DNA of 64,000 bases, taken from Bacillota bacterium (GTDB lineage: Bacteria; Bacillota; Bacilli; Bacillales; Amphibacillaceae). The notes under the pieces are model-generated. The model saw only the letters and a program-made list of their open reading frames with translations, did not search any database and was not told the DNA's origin. The stretch lies in the NCBI GenBank assembly GCA_035303185.1, contig DATGRX010000064.1:2539-66538 (forward strand), in the 5' to 3' direction. Of the stretch, positions 1 through 11,497 are shown in pieces; the stretch's first letter is position 1, and every line of letters starts with the position of its first letter. The translations under genes were made by a program, and so were the position numbers.

Positions 1-624
1 TTAATTGAAGGTGCTCATGAAGGAGTTGGACTCGGGCATCAATTTTTACGCCATGCTGAACGAACAAGACTTTTGTTACATGTCATTGATATGGCGGGAA
101 TTGAAGGAAGAGATCCATATGAAGATTACGTCAAAATTAATACTGAAATAGAAAAGTATGATGAAAACATTGTACAACGCCCACAAATAGTCGTTGCTAA
201 TAAAATGGACATGCTAGGGGCGGAAGAAAACTTAAAACAATTTAAAGAGCAAGTAGAAGTTCCAGTTTATCCAATTTCAGCGGTTACAAAATCTGGAATA
301 GAAGAACTTTTATACGCAACAGTAGATTTATTAGAAGACATACCAAAACAATCCTTTATTGAGCGCGATGAAGAAATTGTTGTTTATGAGCATGAAGTTG
401 AAGAGCCGTTTACTATATCACGAGCAGATGATGGAGCATATATCGTTTCAGGTGACGATGTAGAAAAGTTATTTAAGATGACTGATTTTAATCAATCTGA
501 AGCGGTGCAGCGTTTCGCTCGTCAAATAAGGCACATGGGTATTGATGATGCTTTAAGAGAACGAGGAATTCGTGATGGAGATATTGTCCGCATCTTAGAT
601 TTTGAATTTGAGTTTATTGATTAG
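1..624 (+). CDS. obg: GTPase Obg/CgtA, C-terminal part (5' end outside window)
   Basis: Frame open from base 1: [18 protein letters not shown]..., G4 motif ANKMD, ISA motif, C-terminal OCT domain ending FEFEFID. Confidence 0.97.
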   Translation, partial: LIEGAHEGVGLGHQFLRHAERTRLLLHVIDMAGIEGRDPYEDYVKINTEIEKYDENIVQRPQIVVANKMDMLGAEENLKQFKEQVEVPVYPISAVTKSGIEELLYATVDLLEDIPKQSFIERDEEIVVYEHEVEEPFTISRADDGAYIVSGDDVEKLFKMTDFNQSEAVQRFARQIRHMGIDDALRERGIRDGDIVRILDFEFEFID

Positions 625-718
625 TATTAGCCTAGGATCTTTTCAACTTTTCTTTTTTTACGCATACAGTAATAAAGAAGAACATTTTACGTATGCGAAA
701 AGAAAGGAGTTTTTTCTG

Positions 719-1369
719 TTGAAGATCCATATCGTACAAAAAGGTGATACTTTGTGGGATATTGCTGAAAAACATCACGTAGATTTTGATGAGTTACAAG
801 AAGTTAATTCACATTTATCAAGTCCAGATATGCTTATGCCGGGGATGAAAGTAATGATTCCATCTACTTCTCAAAAACTTACAAAAGAGGAAAAAGATAA
901 AGATTTAACAATTAAACCTTTAAAGATAAAAGAGGACGATCATCAAGTCAAAAAAGATGTATCATTTTCTCAGCCAGAATTAGCATCAATGAAATTACCG
1001 GTAATGCCTAGTGAACAAAAGGTCAAAGAAAAAAGCACACAAAAACAATCATTAAAAGAGAAATTATATAATGAAAAGGATACAAATATGTACCCACAAG
1101 CTCAAATGTCTTATGAAGAACAACCTAATTATCAATATCCAGTCGTTCCATATTGCTGTTGCTATTATATGCACCATTATTCTCATATGAATACACATAA
1201 TCGAAAAGAACAAGCATATGAACAGCCGAGATATGTTGGTCATCTTCCAGGTATTTATCATTATCCACAAACCCAACAAAGACCGATATCAGATGTACCG
1301 ACATTTCCAATGTATCATGAGCCATATAAATATACTGCCCATCCAATGAGTGAACCATCAAAGGAATAG
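719..1369 (+). CDS. safA: LysM spore coat morphogenetic protein SafA/ExsA family
   Basis: TTG start at 719 after AAAGGAG; MKIHIVQKGDTLWDIA LysM domain; Pro/Tyr/Gln-rich C-terminus; expected position downstream of obg. Confidence 0.9.
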   Translation: MKIHIVQKGDTLWDIAEKHHVDFDELQEVNSHLSSPDMLMPGMKVMIPSTSQKLTKEEKDKDLTIKPLKIKEDDHQVKKDVSFSQPELASMKLPVMPSEQKVKEKSTQKQSLKEKLYNEKDTNMYPQAQMSYEEQPNYQYPVVPYCCCYYMHHYSHMNTHNRKEQAYEQPRYVGHLPGIYHYPQTQQRPISDVPTFPMYHEPYKYTAHPMSEPSKE

Positions 1370-1385
1370 AAAAGACATGATATCG

Positions 1386-1413
1386 AGAGACGAAAATCAT
1401 CGTCTCTTTTTTT
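1386..1413 (+). terminator. Intrinsic terminator after safA
   Basis: AGAGACGA-N6-TCGTCTCT followed by a T tract. Confidence 0.75.
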
Positions 1414-1460
1414 CTTTCATGTTATGATAAAGAAAAGAGATATGAAAGGAAGTACGAGCG

Positions 1461-2201
1461 ATGAAAACTGAAATTGAACAAATTGTGACATGGCTTAGAA
1501 AAAAAGTTTCTAGTGCTCATGCAAAAGGATTGCTCGTCGGTGTTAGTGGTGGGCTTGATTCGGCCGTTGTTGCTCACTTAATTCAAAGGGCATATCCGGA
1601 AAATTCTCTAGGTGTGATTATGCCACTTCAAACGAGTAAAGAAGATGTAGCTGATGCACAATCTGTCATTGAAAGTAGTCAAATTCAATCGATGACAATT
1701 GATTTAACCGAAACACATAACATACTTTATGGAACGATTCAGGATAATTTAAAAGCGACAAATACCCTAAATGAAAATATGGATCAGTTAGCCGATGCAA
1801 ATTTACGGGCACGTCTTCGCATGAGTACACTATATACATTAGCCGCTAATTACAATTATTTAGTTACAGGAACAGATAATAAATCCGAATGGTATACAGG
1901 GTACTTTACAAAATATGGTGATGGTGGGGTTGACCTTCAGCCGATTATTGAATTTACGAAAACAGAAACTGTTCAACTAGCCAAACTATTAGGTGTCCCA
2001 GAAGCAATCATTTCGAAAAAACCTAGTGCTGATTTATGGAAGGGACAAACAGATGAACAGGAAATGGGTACAACTTATGAATATATTGATGCTTATTTAG
2101 ACGGTAAACATGTACCTAAACATGATGAAATACTTATTAAAAATATGCATAAACGAACAAATCATAAACGAAATTTACCACCTAAATTTAAACGAAATTA
2201 A
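1461..2201 (+). CDS. nadE: NH3-dependent NAD+ synthetase
   Basis: SGGLDS PP-loop; ANLRARLRM, GYFTKYGDGG and KKPSADLW motifs. Confidence 0.95.
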   Translation: MKTEIEQIVTWLRKKVSSAHAKGLLVGVSGGLDSAVVAHLIQRAYPENSLGVIMPLQTSKEDVADAQSVIESSQIQSMTIDLTETHNILYGTIQDNLKATNTLNENMDQLADANLRARLRMSTLYTLAANYNYLVTGTDNKSEWYTGYFTKYGDGGVDLQPIIEFTKTETVQLAKLLGVPEAIISKKPSADLWKGQTDEQEMGTTYEYIDAYLDGKHVPKHDEILIKNMHKRTNHKRNLPPKFKRN

Positions 2202-2267
2202 TTACCTAAAATTAACTGTTTAAAAAGTCTCCTTTCTTCAAAAAGTATTCCTAAAGGAGGCTTTTTT

Positions 2268-2786
2268 ATGCGATTAATCATTTATATTTTCATGTTATTT
2301 TTACTTATTGGATGTAATCAATCAGAAACGGAATCACAAGAACCCATATCGCCTGATCAAGTTCGATATGATAAGGAGATTGAAAGGGACGATTCCAATA
2401 ATCATCCACTTAGACAATATACTGAGAGTGAAGAGAAGGGAATTAGTGAGTACGGGACAAAACGTGAGATCTTTCGTACGGATGAGGCATTACGTGTTAC
2501 TCAATTATTATCAGAAAGAGATGATGTGAGACATGCACATGTAGCAACCTCTGATACACAAGTCGTCGCCTTCGTGCTGTTAAAAGATTATGAGGATCAC
2601 CATATCGCAAAGACTTTAGAAGAAGAGGTTAAAACAATTGTTCCTGACAAGGATATTTATATTTACACAGATAAGAACCATTACAACCGTATCGAAGATT
2701 TAAAGTCATCGATGAAACCACGCCAAATTGGTAAAGACTTACAACGTTTTTTTGAAAAATATTTAAACCTTGATATTAAAGATTAA
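2268..2786 (+). CDS. YhcN/YlaJ family sporulation lipoprotein (CoxA/YrbB position)
   Basis: Lipobox LLIGC; C-terminal YhcN/YlaJ-like region; synteny upstream of yebC. Confidence 0.7.
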   Translation: MRLIIYIFMLFLLIGCNQSETESQEPISPDQVRYDKEIERDDSNNHPLRQYTESEEKGISEYGTKREIFRTDEALRVTQLLSERDDVRHAHVATSDTQVVAFVLLKDYEDHHIAKTLEEEVKTIVPDKDIYIYTDKNHYNRIEDLKSSMKPRQIGKDLQRFFEKYLNLDIKD

Positions 2787-2876
2787 CCTTTGATTTCAAA
2801 GGTTTTTCTTTTTTTTCTTCGGGTATTAATTTATAATAAAATTACATGCAAATTTATGTAATTGGAGTGGAGAACG

Positions 2877-3605
2877 ATGGCAGGACATTCAAAGTGGAGT
2901 AACATAAAGCGAAGAAAAGCAGCTCAAGACAAAAAGCGTGGGAAAATTTTTGCAAGACATTCTAAAAGTATATATACCGCTGCTAAAGAAGGTGGCGGGG
3001 ATCCAGATATGAATCCTGGATTACGCCTAGCTATAGAAAAGGCTAGAGATGATAACATGCCAAATGATAATATAGAACGTGCGATTCAAAAAGCAACAGG
3101 TACATTAGATGGAGCAAAATTTGAAGAATTTATTTATGAAGGATATGGTCCTGGCGGGATAGCTGTTATAGTAGAAGTCGTTACTGACAATAGAAACCGT
3201 GCTGCAGCTGAAGTAAGACACGCCTTTAGTAAAAATGATGGTAATTTAGGAGAAAGTGGTAGTGTATCTTTTATGTTTGATCGTAAAGGATACTTTGCCA
3301 TATTAAATCAGGACGATATTGATGAAGATGAATTAACGTTAGTTGCTATTGATGCGGGAGCAGATGATATTGAAACGAGTGAAGAAGTCATCGAAATATT
3401 TTCTGCTCCGCAGGATTTTCATCAAGTCAATCAGACATTAATTAAAGCAGGATATGAAATTGAAGAAGCGGAATTAACATATCTCCCCCATAATTACATA
3501 CAAATTGAAGCTGATTTAGAAAGAAAAATGCTCGATTTAATTGATATGTTAGAAGATGAAGAAGATGTACAAGGGATTCATCACAATTTAGAAATTAGTG
3601 AATAA
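2877..3605 (+). CDS. yebC: YebC/PmpR family protein (YrbC)
   Basis: [19 protein letters not shown] and TDNRNR motifs; ATG at 2877. Confidence 0.96.
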   Translation: MAGHSKWSNIKRRKAAQDKKRGKIFARHSKSIYTAAKEGGGDPDMNPGLRLAIEKARDDNMPNDNIERAIQKATGTLDGAKFEEFIYEGYGPGGIAVIVEVVTDNRNRAAAEVRHAFSKNDGNLGESGSVSFMFDRKGYFAILNQDDIDEDELTLVAIDAGADDIETSEEVIEIFSAPQDFHQVNQTLIKAGYEIEEAELTYLPHNYIQIEADLERKMLDLIDMLEDEEDVQGIHHNLEISE

Positions 3606-3613
3606 CAAACATT

Positions 3614-3650
3614 CTTCCATTCCTAAATTTAATAGGAATGGAAGTTTTCA
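3614..3650 (+). terminator. Intrinsic terminator after yebC
   Basis: TTCCATTCCT...AGGAATGGAA hairpin followed by T's. Confidence 0.65.
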
Positions 3651-3716
3651 TTTCATTCATTGCTACACGATGAATATGGTATGATTATGTTACGTTACAT
3701 AAAGGAGCTAAGAACG

Positions 3717-4319
3717 ATGATTGCATTTATTCGTGGAACATTAGTCGATATTACAGAAACCCATGTTTTTGTCGATGTTCAAGGAGTCGGTTATCAAATT
3801 GAATGTGCGAACCCGTACGTATTTCAACAGGAAATGAATAAAGAAGTTTTTATATATACATACCATCACGTACGTGAAGATAGCCAAACATTGTATGGAT
3901 TTAAAACAGAAGATGAAAAACAATTATTTGAAAAGTTAATTTCCGTTTCTGGGATTGGTCCAAAAAGTGGATTAAATATTCAAGGTACTGTCCAAGTAAA
4001 TGATTTTATTTCAGCAGTAGAGCGTGAAGATGAAAAGTATTTAATGCAGTTCCCTGGAATCGGTAAAAAAACATCCCGACAAATTATTTTAGATTTAAAA
4101 GGGAAGTTAACAGATTTAGCAACAACTATCGAAATTGATGGCGCTTCAGAAACAGAAGTTGAAAAGATAAAAGAGTTAGAAGAAGCAAAGGCGGCACTAA
4201 AAGCGTTAGGATACGTTGATCGGGAAATTCAAGCTATTGTTCCACAACTACGGAAAAGTAAAGAGGCAAACACAGATGATTTAGTAAGAAAAGCATTGTC
4301 TCTTTTAATGAAAAATTAA
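3717..4319 (+). CDS. ruvA: Holliday junction branch migration protein RuvA
   Basis: ATG at 3717 after AAGGAG; GVGY, VREDS, LISVSGIGPK and FPGIGKKT motifs. Confidence 0.96.
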   Translation: MIAFIRGTLVDITETHVFVDVQGVGYQIECANPYVFQQEMNKEVFIYTYHHVREDSQTLYGFKTEDEKQLFEKLISVSGIGPKSGLNIQGTVQVNDFISAVEREDEKYLMQFPGIGKKTSRQIILDLKGKLTDLATTIEIDGASETEVEKIKELEEAKAALKALGYVDREIQAIVPQLRKSKEANTDDLVRKALSLLMKN

Positions 4320-4337
4320 CTTGAATGAGGGATCATT

Positions 4338-5336
4338 ATGGATGATAGAATTGTTGAAGGTGAATTACAAGAAGATGAAGAGGAACTTGAACTTAGTCTA
4401 CGACCCTTATATTTAAGTCAATATATTGGGCAAGATATAGTAAAGGAAAATTTAAGTATATTTATCGAAGCGGCTCAAATGAGAAATGAGCCTCTTGATC
4501 ACGTATTGCTATATGGCCCACCTGGGTTAGGTAAAACAACCCTTGCGGCTATAATCGCCAATGAAATGGGGGTTCAGTTCCGTTCAACATCAGGTCCAGC
4601 TATTGAACGGGCAGGAGATTTAGCAGCTATCCTTTCATCCCTTGAGCCAGGAGATGTCTTATTTATTGATGAAATTCATCGCCTACCTCATTCAGTAGAA
4701 GAAGTGTTATATCCAGCGATGGAAGATTTCTTTTTAGATATAGTAATTGGAACAGGCCCAAGTGCTCGATCTGTTACGATAGACTTACCACCTTTTACAT
4801 TGGTAGGGGCAACAACTAGGGCAGGTTTACTAACAGCACCACTTCGGGACCGTTTTGGTGTACATACGAGATTAGACTTTTATGAAATTAAGGATTTACG
4901 GAATATTATTCAAAGAACAGCTGAAATTTTTAATACAAAAATATCGGATGATGCAGCCCTTGAGGTAGCGAGAAGATCCCGGGGAACTCCTCGGATTGCC
5001 AATCGGTTATTAAAAAGGATTCGTGATATATCTCAAGTAAAAGGGGAAAAGGAAATTTCCCTTGAAACATCCAATGTTGCGCTAACAATGTTACAAGTTG
5101 ATAATGAAGGACTTGATCATATTGATCATAAAATTTTAAAAACAATTATTGAAGGATTTAATGGTGGCCCAGTCGGTTTAGATACGATTGCTGCTTCGAT
5201 AGGAGAGGAATCTCAGACGATTGAAGACGTTTATGAGCCATTTTTACTTCAAGCTGGATTTATTCAGAGAACCCCTAGAGGAAGAATGGTTACACAGAAA
5301 ACTTATGAACATTTTGGTATTAAGGAAGATGAGTAA
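4338..5336 (+). CDS. ruvB: Holliday junction branch migration helicase RuvB
   Basis: [34 protein letters not shown]. Confidence 0.98.
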   Translation: MDDRIVEGELQEDEEELELSLRPLYLSQYIGQDIVKENLSIFIEAAQMRNEPLDHVLLYGPPGLGKTTLAAIIANEMGVQFRSTSGPAIERAGDLAAILSSLEPGDVLFIDEIHRLPHSVEEVLYPAMEDFFLDIVIGTGPSARSVTIDLPPFTLVGATTRAGLLTAPLRDRFGVHTRLDFYEIKDLRNIIQRTAEIFNTKISDDAALEVARRSRGTPRIANRLLKRIRDISQVKGEKEISLETSNVALTMLQVDNEGLDHIDHKILKTIIEGFNGGPVGLDTIAASIGEESQTIEDVYEPFLLQAGFIQRTPRGRMVTQKTYEHFGIKEDE

Positions 5337-5338
5337 CA

Positions 5339-5536
5339 ATGAATATTGGAAAAGTGTTTATGATTTTAGGAATTGTTTTTTTAATCATAGGAGCCCTTTG
5401 GACATTTATCGGGAAATTACCTGGTGATATTCATATTAAAAAAGGGAACTTTTCCTTTTATTTTCCAATCATGACCTCGATTGTTGTTAGTATTATTTTA
5501 TCAATTATACTATATGTCATTGGGAAAATAAGGTAA
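5339..5536 (+). CDS. yrzS: DUF2905 small membrane protein (YrzS)
   Basis: GKLPGDI...FYFPI motif; lies between ruvB and queA. Confidence 0.85.
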   Translation: MNIGKVFMILGIVFLIIGALWTFIGKLPGDIHIKKGNFSFYFPIMTSIVVSIILSIILYVIGKIR

Positions 5537-5559
5537 TTTTAATGAGGGAAGAATGATGT

Positions 5560-7742
<2,183 letters not shown>

Positions 7743-7757
7743 AAAGGAGGAATTGAC

Positions 7758-8033
7758 ATGCAGGATGGTTCAATTCTAAGCTTAATCATTCCTTTAGTTT
7801 TAATGTTTGCTGTCTTTTACTTTCTTTTAATACGTCCACAACAAAAACGTCAACGTGAAGTAAAGGAGATGCAAGATGCCTTACAAAAAGGAGATAACAT
7901 TGTAACTATTGGTGGTATGCATGGGAAAATTCATGCGATGGATGAAGATACGATCGTAATTACTACTGATGATGGAGTAAAACTTACATATGATCGGACT
8001 TCAGTGAGAGAAGTAGTGAATCAAGAATCGTAA
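7758..8033 (+). CDS. yajC: Preprotein translocase subunit YajC
   Basis: FYFLLIRPQQKR and GDNIVTIGG motifs. Confidence 0.96.
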   Translation: MQDGSILSLIIPLVLMFAVFYFLLIRPQQKRQREVKEMQDALQKGDNIVTIGGMHGKIHAMDEDTIVITTDDGVKLTYDRTSVREVVNQES

Positions 8034-8073
8034 AAAAATAGTACGAGCTATATCATTAGCTCGTACTATTTTT
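8033..8073. terminator. Bidirectional terminator between yajC and yrzE
   Basis: A tract, TAGTACGAGCTA-loop-TAGCTCGTACTA, T tract. Confidence 0.85.
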
Positions 8074-8461
8074 ATAAATTTTTAGTCGTAAACATATTAA
8101 CCCCTAATATGCCTCCTAAAAGAGATAATAAAATGAAGCCTATATGCACGATAATTTGTTCGTAGGTAAAACCTTTATCAAATCCAAGAAATTGAATGAG
8201 GAAAATGCCTATAGAAAAGGTAAAACCTGTGAGTAACCCAATCATCCAACCATTTTCCTTATTTTTAACGCCGGCAAATATACCACCTAAAAATAAAGCA
8301 ATAAAACTTAACGTTAGTGTTACCCACGAATAGTTACTTTCATTGATTGAAGTATATTTCATAAGAAGGGCTAACATAAAACTACTAACAAAAATAAATA
8401 ATACAATAAAAAGTAATCCGGAAAACAATGAAATTACAAAATTTCTGTTCAATATCTTCAC
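8072..8461 (-). CDS. yrzE: YrzE/TIGR04086-type membrane protein
   Basis: Four hydrophobic segments, GWMIG and GGILGVN motifs; convergent with yajC as in Bacillus. Confidence 0.8.
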   Translation of the reverse strand: MKILNRNFVISLFSGLLFIVLFIFVSSFMLALLMKYTSINESNYSWVTLTLSFIALFLGGIFAGVKNKENGWMIGLLTGFTFSIGIFLIQFLGFDKGFTYEQIIVHIGFILLSLLGGILGVNMFTTKNL

Positions 8462-8567
8462 TTCCTTTAAATTATCATTACTCCATTGTATGTTTTCATA
8501 TAAAATAATATCATTATACTTTTATATATTTATTATCTGGTATAAAAAAGGGTACTCTTAAGCTTTC

Positions 8568-8596
8568 TTGACATTTCATAAACTTAAATGTAAAGT
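8568..8596 (+). promoter_or_regulatory. SigA-type promoter P1 upstream of phnD
   Basis: TTGACA-17 bp-TAAAGT. Confidence 0.55.
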
Positions 8597-8642
8597 TATA
8601 GCAAAATAAGTTGTCTAATCTTATTTCCTTATTTTAAAATTG

Positions 8643-8656
8643 TGTAAGCGTAAACA
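8643..8656. promoter_or_regulatory. CcpA catabolite-responsive element (cre)
   Basis: TGTAAGCGTAAACA, one mismatch from the B. subtilis amyE cre TGTAAGCGTTAACA. Confidence 0.65.
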
Positions 8657-8744
8657 TGTTTTATTTTCCTTTCTTATCTCTTATATTTGGACATAATTTT
8701 CTTTTTCATTTATAAATAGAAACAATTTCCTCATAGGAAAACAC

Positions 8745-8773
8745 TTGAAGACTGCGAAGTTTTTCTTTATGAT
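8745..8773 (+). promoter_or_regulatory. SigA-type promoter P2 upstream of phnD
   Basis: TTGAAG-17 bp-TATGAT. Confidence 0.5.
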
Positions 8774-8915
8774 AGTTATGGTTTACTTTAAAAAATAATC
8801 TTAATAGAGGTGGTGTATTCATAAAAAGCTGGGAAAAGAAGTTTTATTTCATTTATTTGAAAAAATAGTTTAGAACAATTTTTAATCAAAGTGTGAAATA
8901 ATTAGAAGGAAAAAA

Positions 8916-9809
8916 ATGAAAAGATTTTCGGTAATTGCCTCAATGCTAATGCTTGTATTATTTTTAGCTGCATGTGGATCAGATGATGGAGATTCCGAAA
9001 CATTAGTTATGGGATTTGTTCCTTCACAAGATTCTGAAAACATTGCAAGTACAGTAGAACCTTTGGAGGAAAAGCTTGCTGAAGAGCTAGGTATGGAAGT
9101 AAAAGGTGAAGTAATGACAAGTTATAACGCTTTGGTAGAAGCAATGGGAGCGAATCAGGTACAAATTGGTTTCATTCCTGCATTTGGTTACGTCTTAGCT
9201 AATGAACAGTATGACGTAGAAGTCGTTCTAAAATCTATGCGTGACGGCGAAGGTTCCTATAAAGCACAATATTTAGTTCGAGAGGATTCAGGAATTGATA
9301 GTTTAGAAGATTTAGAAGATACTATTTGGGCTTTTCCTGATAAAGGTTCTACAGCCGGATACTTATTCCCAGCACAACATATGATGGATACCTTCGGTTT
9401 TGAATCAGCTTCTGAATTAGAAACAGACTTTTTTGATAATGTCATAGAAGCTGGTGGACATGATACAGCAGCAATAGCTGTTTATGAAGGTGATGCTGAT
9501 GTGGCTACAACCTTTGATGATGTTCGGGACACGTTAGAAGGCGATTATCCTGATATATTTGATGAATTAAAGGTTATTGACTATACGGATGAAATTCCTA
9601 ATGATACGATTTCTTTAACAAAAGAAGTAGATGACGAATTAAGAGAAAAAATCATTGAAGCGTTTTTATCCTTTAATGATGATGAAGAAATGATTCAAGT
9701 AATGAATGACGTTTATAATTGGGATGGTATAGCTGAAGCTGAAGATTCAGAATATGACGTCGTTAAAGAAACATACCAAGAGTTTAAAGATGATATTAGT
9801 CTCGATTAA
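8916..9809 (+). CDS. phnD: Phosphate/phosphonate-family ABC substrate-binding lipoprotein
   Basis: Lipobox LAAC; MGFVPS, YNALVEAM, DKGSTAGYLFP, GGHD and IPND motifs of the PhnD family. Confidence 0.88.
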   Translation: MKRFSVIASMLMLVLFLAACGSDDGDSETLVMGFVPSQDSENIASTVEPLEEKLAEELGMEVKGEVMTSYNALVEAMGANQVQIGFIPAFGYVLANEQYDVEVVLKSMRDGEGSYKAQYLVREDSGIDSLEDLEDTIWAFPDKGSTAGYLFPAQHMMDTFGFESASELETDFFDNVIEAGGHDTAAIAVYEGDADVATTFDDVRDTLEGDYPDIFDELKVIDYTDEIPNDTISLTKEVDDELREKIIEAFLSFNDDEEMIQVMNDVYNWDGIAEAEDSEYDVVKETYQEFKDDISLD

Positions 9810-9906
9810 ATAAATGTTTAAAACTATATATTTATTATGTACAAGGAGCAGATTTCTGCTCCTCTTCATTCCTTAAAATACTTAAGTCATAATGAAGGAG
9901 ATAATT

Positions 9907-10689
9907 ATGATTGAATTTAAAGATGTAAGTCTTACGTATCCAAACGGAACGGAAGCATTAAAAAACATCAATTTAACAATTGAAGATGGTGAATTTGTAG
10001 TTATCGTTGGTTTGTCTGGTGCAGGGAAATCGACTTTAATTAAAAGTATTAATCGTCTCGCAACCCCGACATCTGGTTCATTACTTGTTGATGGTGAGGA
10101 TATACTTTCCGTAAAAGGCGCGAAATTGCGGCAACTTCGTACTAATATTGGGATGATTTTTCAAAATTATAATCTCGTAAATCGCTCTAGTGTATTACGG
10201 AATGTTTTAGCTGGTCGTCTTGGCCATACAGGGGTTTTACGCTCAATTTTAAACTTATATCCCAAAGAAGATATAGGATTAGCTTATGAAAGTTTAAAAC
10301 GAGTAAACTTAGGAGATAAATTGTATAATCGAGCAGATGAGTTAAGTGGTGGGCAGCAACAACGAGTAAGTATTGCACGCGTACTAACGCAAGAGCCATC
10401 TTATGTTTTAGCTGATGAACCGGTAGCTGCTCTTGATCCTCCGACATCCCATCAAGTGATGACATATTTAAAAAAGATTAATAAAGAAGATAAAATAACG
10501 ACAATTGTTAATCTTCATTATATCGATATGGCCCAAGAATATGCTGATCGAATTATTGGGATGAGGGACGGGGAGGTTGTATTTGACGGCCCTGTTTCTG
10601 AAGTTGATGAAAAGACGTTTGAACAAATATATGGCCGCTCGATCCGTGAGGATGACTTAATCGGGGAGAGTGACGAATTTGACCAATAA
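9907..10689 (+). CDS. phnC: PhnC-type ABC ATPase
   Basis: GLSGAGKST, NVLAGRLG, LSGGQQQRV, LADEPVAALDP, IVNLH. Confidence 0.92.
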   Translation: MIEFKDVSLTYPNGTEALKNINLTIEDGEFVVIVGLSGAGKSTLIKSINRLATPTSGSLLVDGEDILSVKGAKLRQLRTNIGMIFQNYNLVNRSSVLRNVLAGRLGHTGVLRSILNLYPKEDIGLAYESLKRVNLGDKLYNRADELSGGQQQRVSIARVLTQEPSYVLADEPVAALDPPTSHQVMTYLKKINKEDKITTIVNLHYIDMAQEYADRIIGMRDGEVVFDGPVSEVDEKTFEQIYGRSIREDDLIGESDEFDQ

Positions 10690-11497
10690 TAAAAAACTAG
10701 AGTTGGACAATAAGGGAGTACCATCTGTATATCCTGCAAAAGTGAAGAGACAAATATCCATTATCTTTTTAGTCATTCTTGCATTCTATCTCTTTAGTAT
10801 GTACTGGACACAAAAGGATATGGTCGGTGGTTTTGACAACGCACTTAGTAATATGTATCAAGTGATTAAAAAGTTCTTTCCACCTAAATTAAAAATTATC
10901 CCTGCTGTATGGGGACCAATGTCTCAAACAATACAAATGGCTATTATTTCTACAACAATTGCTACAATTATTACTATTCCATTAGCTTTACTCGGAGCTA
11001 GAAATATATCAACGATAAAACCAATTTATTATGTAACGAGAATATTTTTAAATGTTATGCGGACAATCCCTGATCTCGTATTGGCAGTCGTATTTGTTGG
11101 GATTCTTGGTGTCGGTGTTTTACCAGGTATTTTAGCTTTAATTGTTTTTTCTGTAGGAATTTTAGTAAAGCTTATTAGTGAAACGATTGAGGCTGTTGAT
11201 ATGAATCCATTAGAGGCCATAAGAGCGTCAGGTGGAAGTGCAATTCAAACTATAACTTATGGTTTAGTTCCGCAAGTATTACCACAATTTACATCCTTTG
11301 CATTATATGTATTTGAGATAAATGTGCGGGCTTCTGTTGTCTTAGGGCTTGTAGGTGCCGGTGGTATCGGTCAAATTTTAGATCGTGAATTAGGTTTTTA
11401 CAATTACCCGGAAGCAATGGCGATTATTGTACTCATATTTATCGTCGTTATTATCATTGAATACATTAGTGGTAAATTAAGGGAGGCGCTCATTTAA
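10670..11497 (+). CDS. phnE: PhnE-type ABC permease 1
   Basis: RTIPDLV, KLISETIE, FEINVRASVVLGLVGAGGIG. Confidence 0.92.
   Translation: MTNLTNNKKLELDNKGVPSVYPAKVKRQISIIFLVILAFYLFSMYWTQKDMVGGFDNALSNMYQVIKKFFPPKLKIIPAVWGPMSQTIQMAIISTTIATIITIPLALLGARNISTIKPIYYVTRIFLNVMRTIPDLVLAVVFVGILGVGVLPGILALIVFSVGILVKLISETIEAVDMNPLEAIRASGGSAIQTITYGLVPQVLPQFTSFALYVFEINVRASVVLGLVGAGGIGQILDRELGFYNYPEAMAIIVLIFIVVIIIEYISGKLREALI

Noticed and set aside
602-718. 39-aa N-terminal extension of the SafA ORF in the ORF track
   Set aside because: It overlaps the end of obg and has no RBS; the LysM domain begins at the TTG at 719, behind a good RBS.
3604-3620. Possible LexA (SOS) box upstream of ruvA (CAAACATTCTTCC)
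   Set aside because: The right half-site lacks GTTC, and the sequence overlaps the yebC terminator stem.
8343-8561. 72-aa plus-strand ORF near the phn promoter
   Set aside because: Antisense to yrzE, AT-rich, no RBS and no recognisable motif.
8568-8600. Pho box upstream of phnD
   Set aside because: Only one TTGACA, better explained as a -35 element; the neighbours at 11-bp spacing (TAAACT, GTAAAG) are poor matches.
8806-8824. Orphan SD-like AGAGGTGG with micro-ORF GTG-TAT-TCA-TAA in the phnD leader
   Set aside because: SD-to-start spacing is too short and there is no associated structure; it could be a relic RBS, but I cannot support that.
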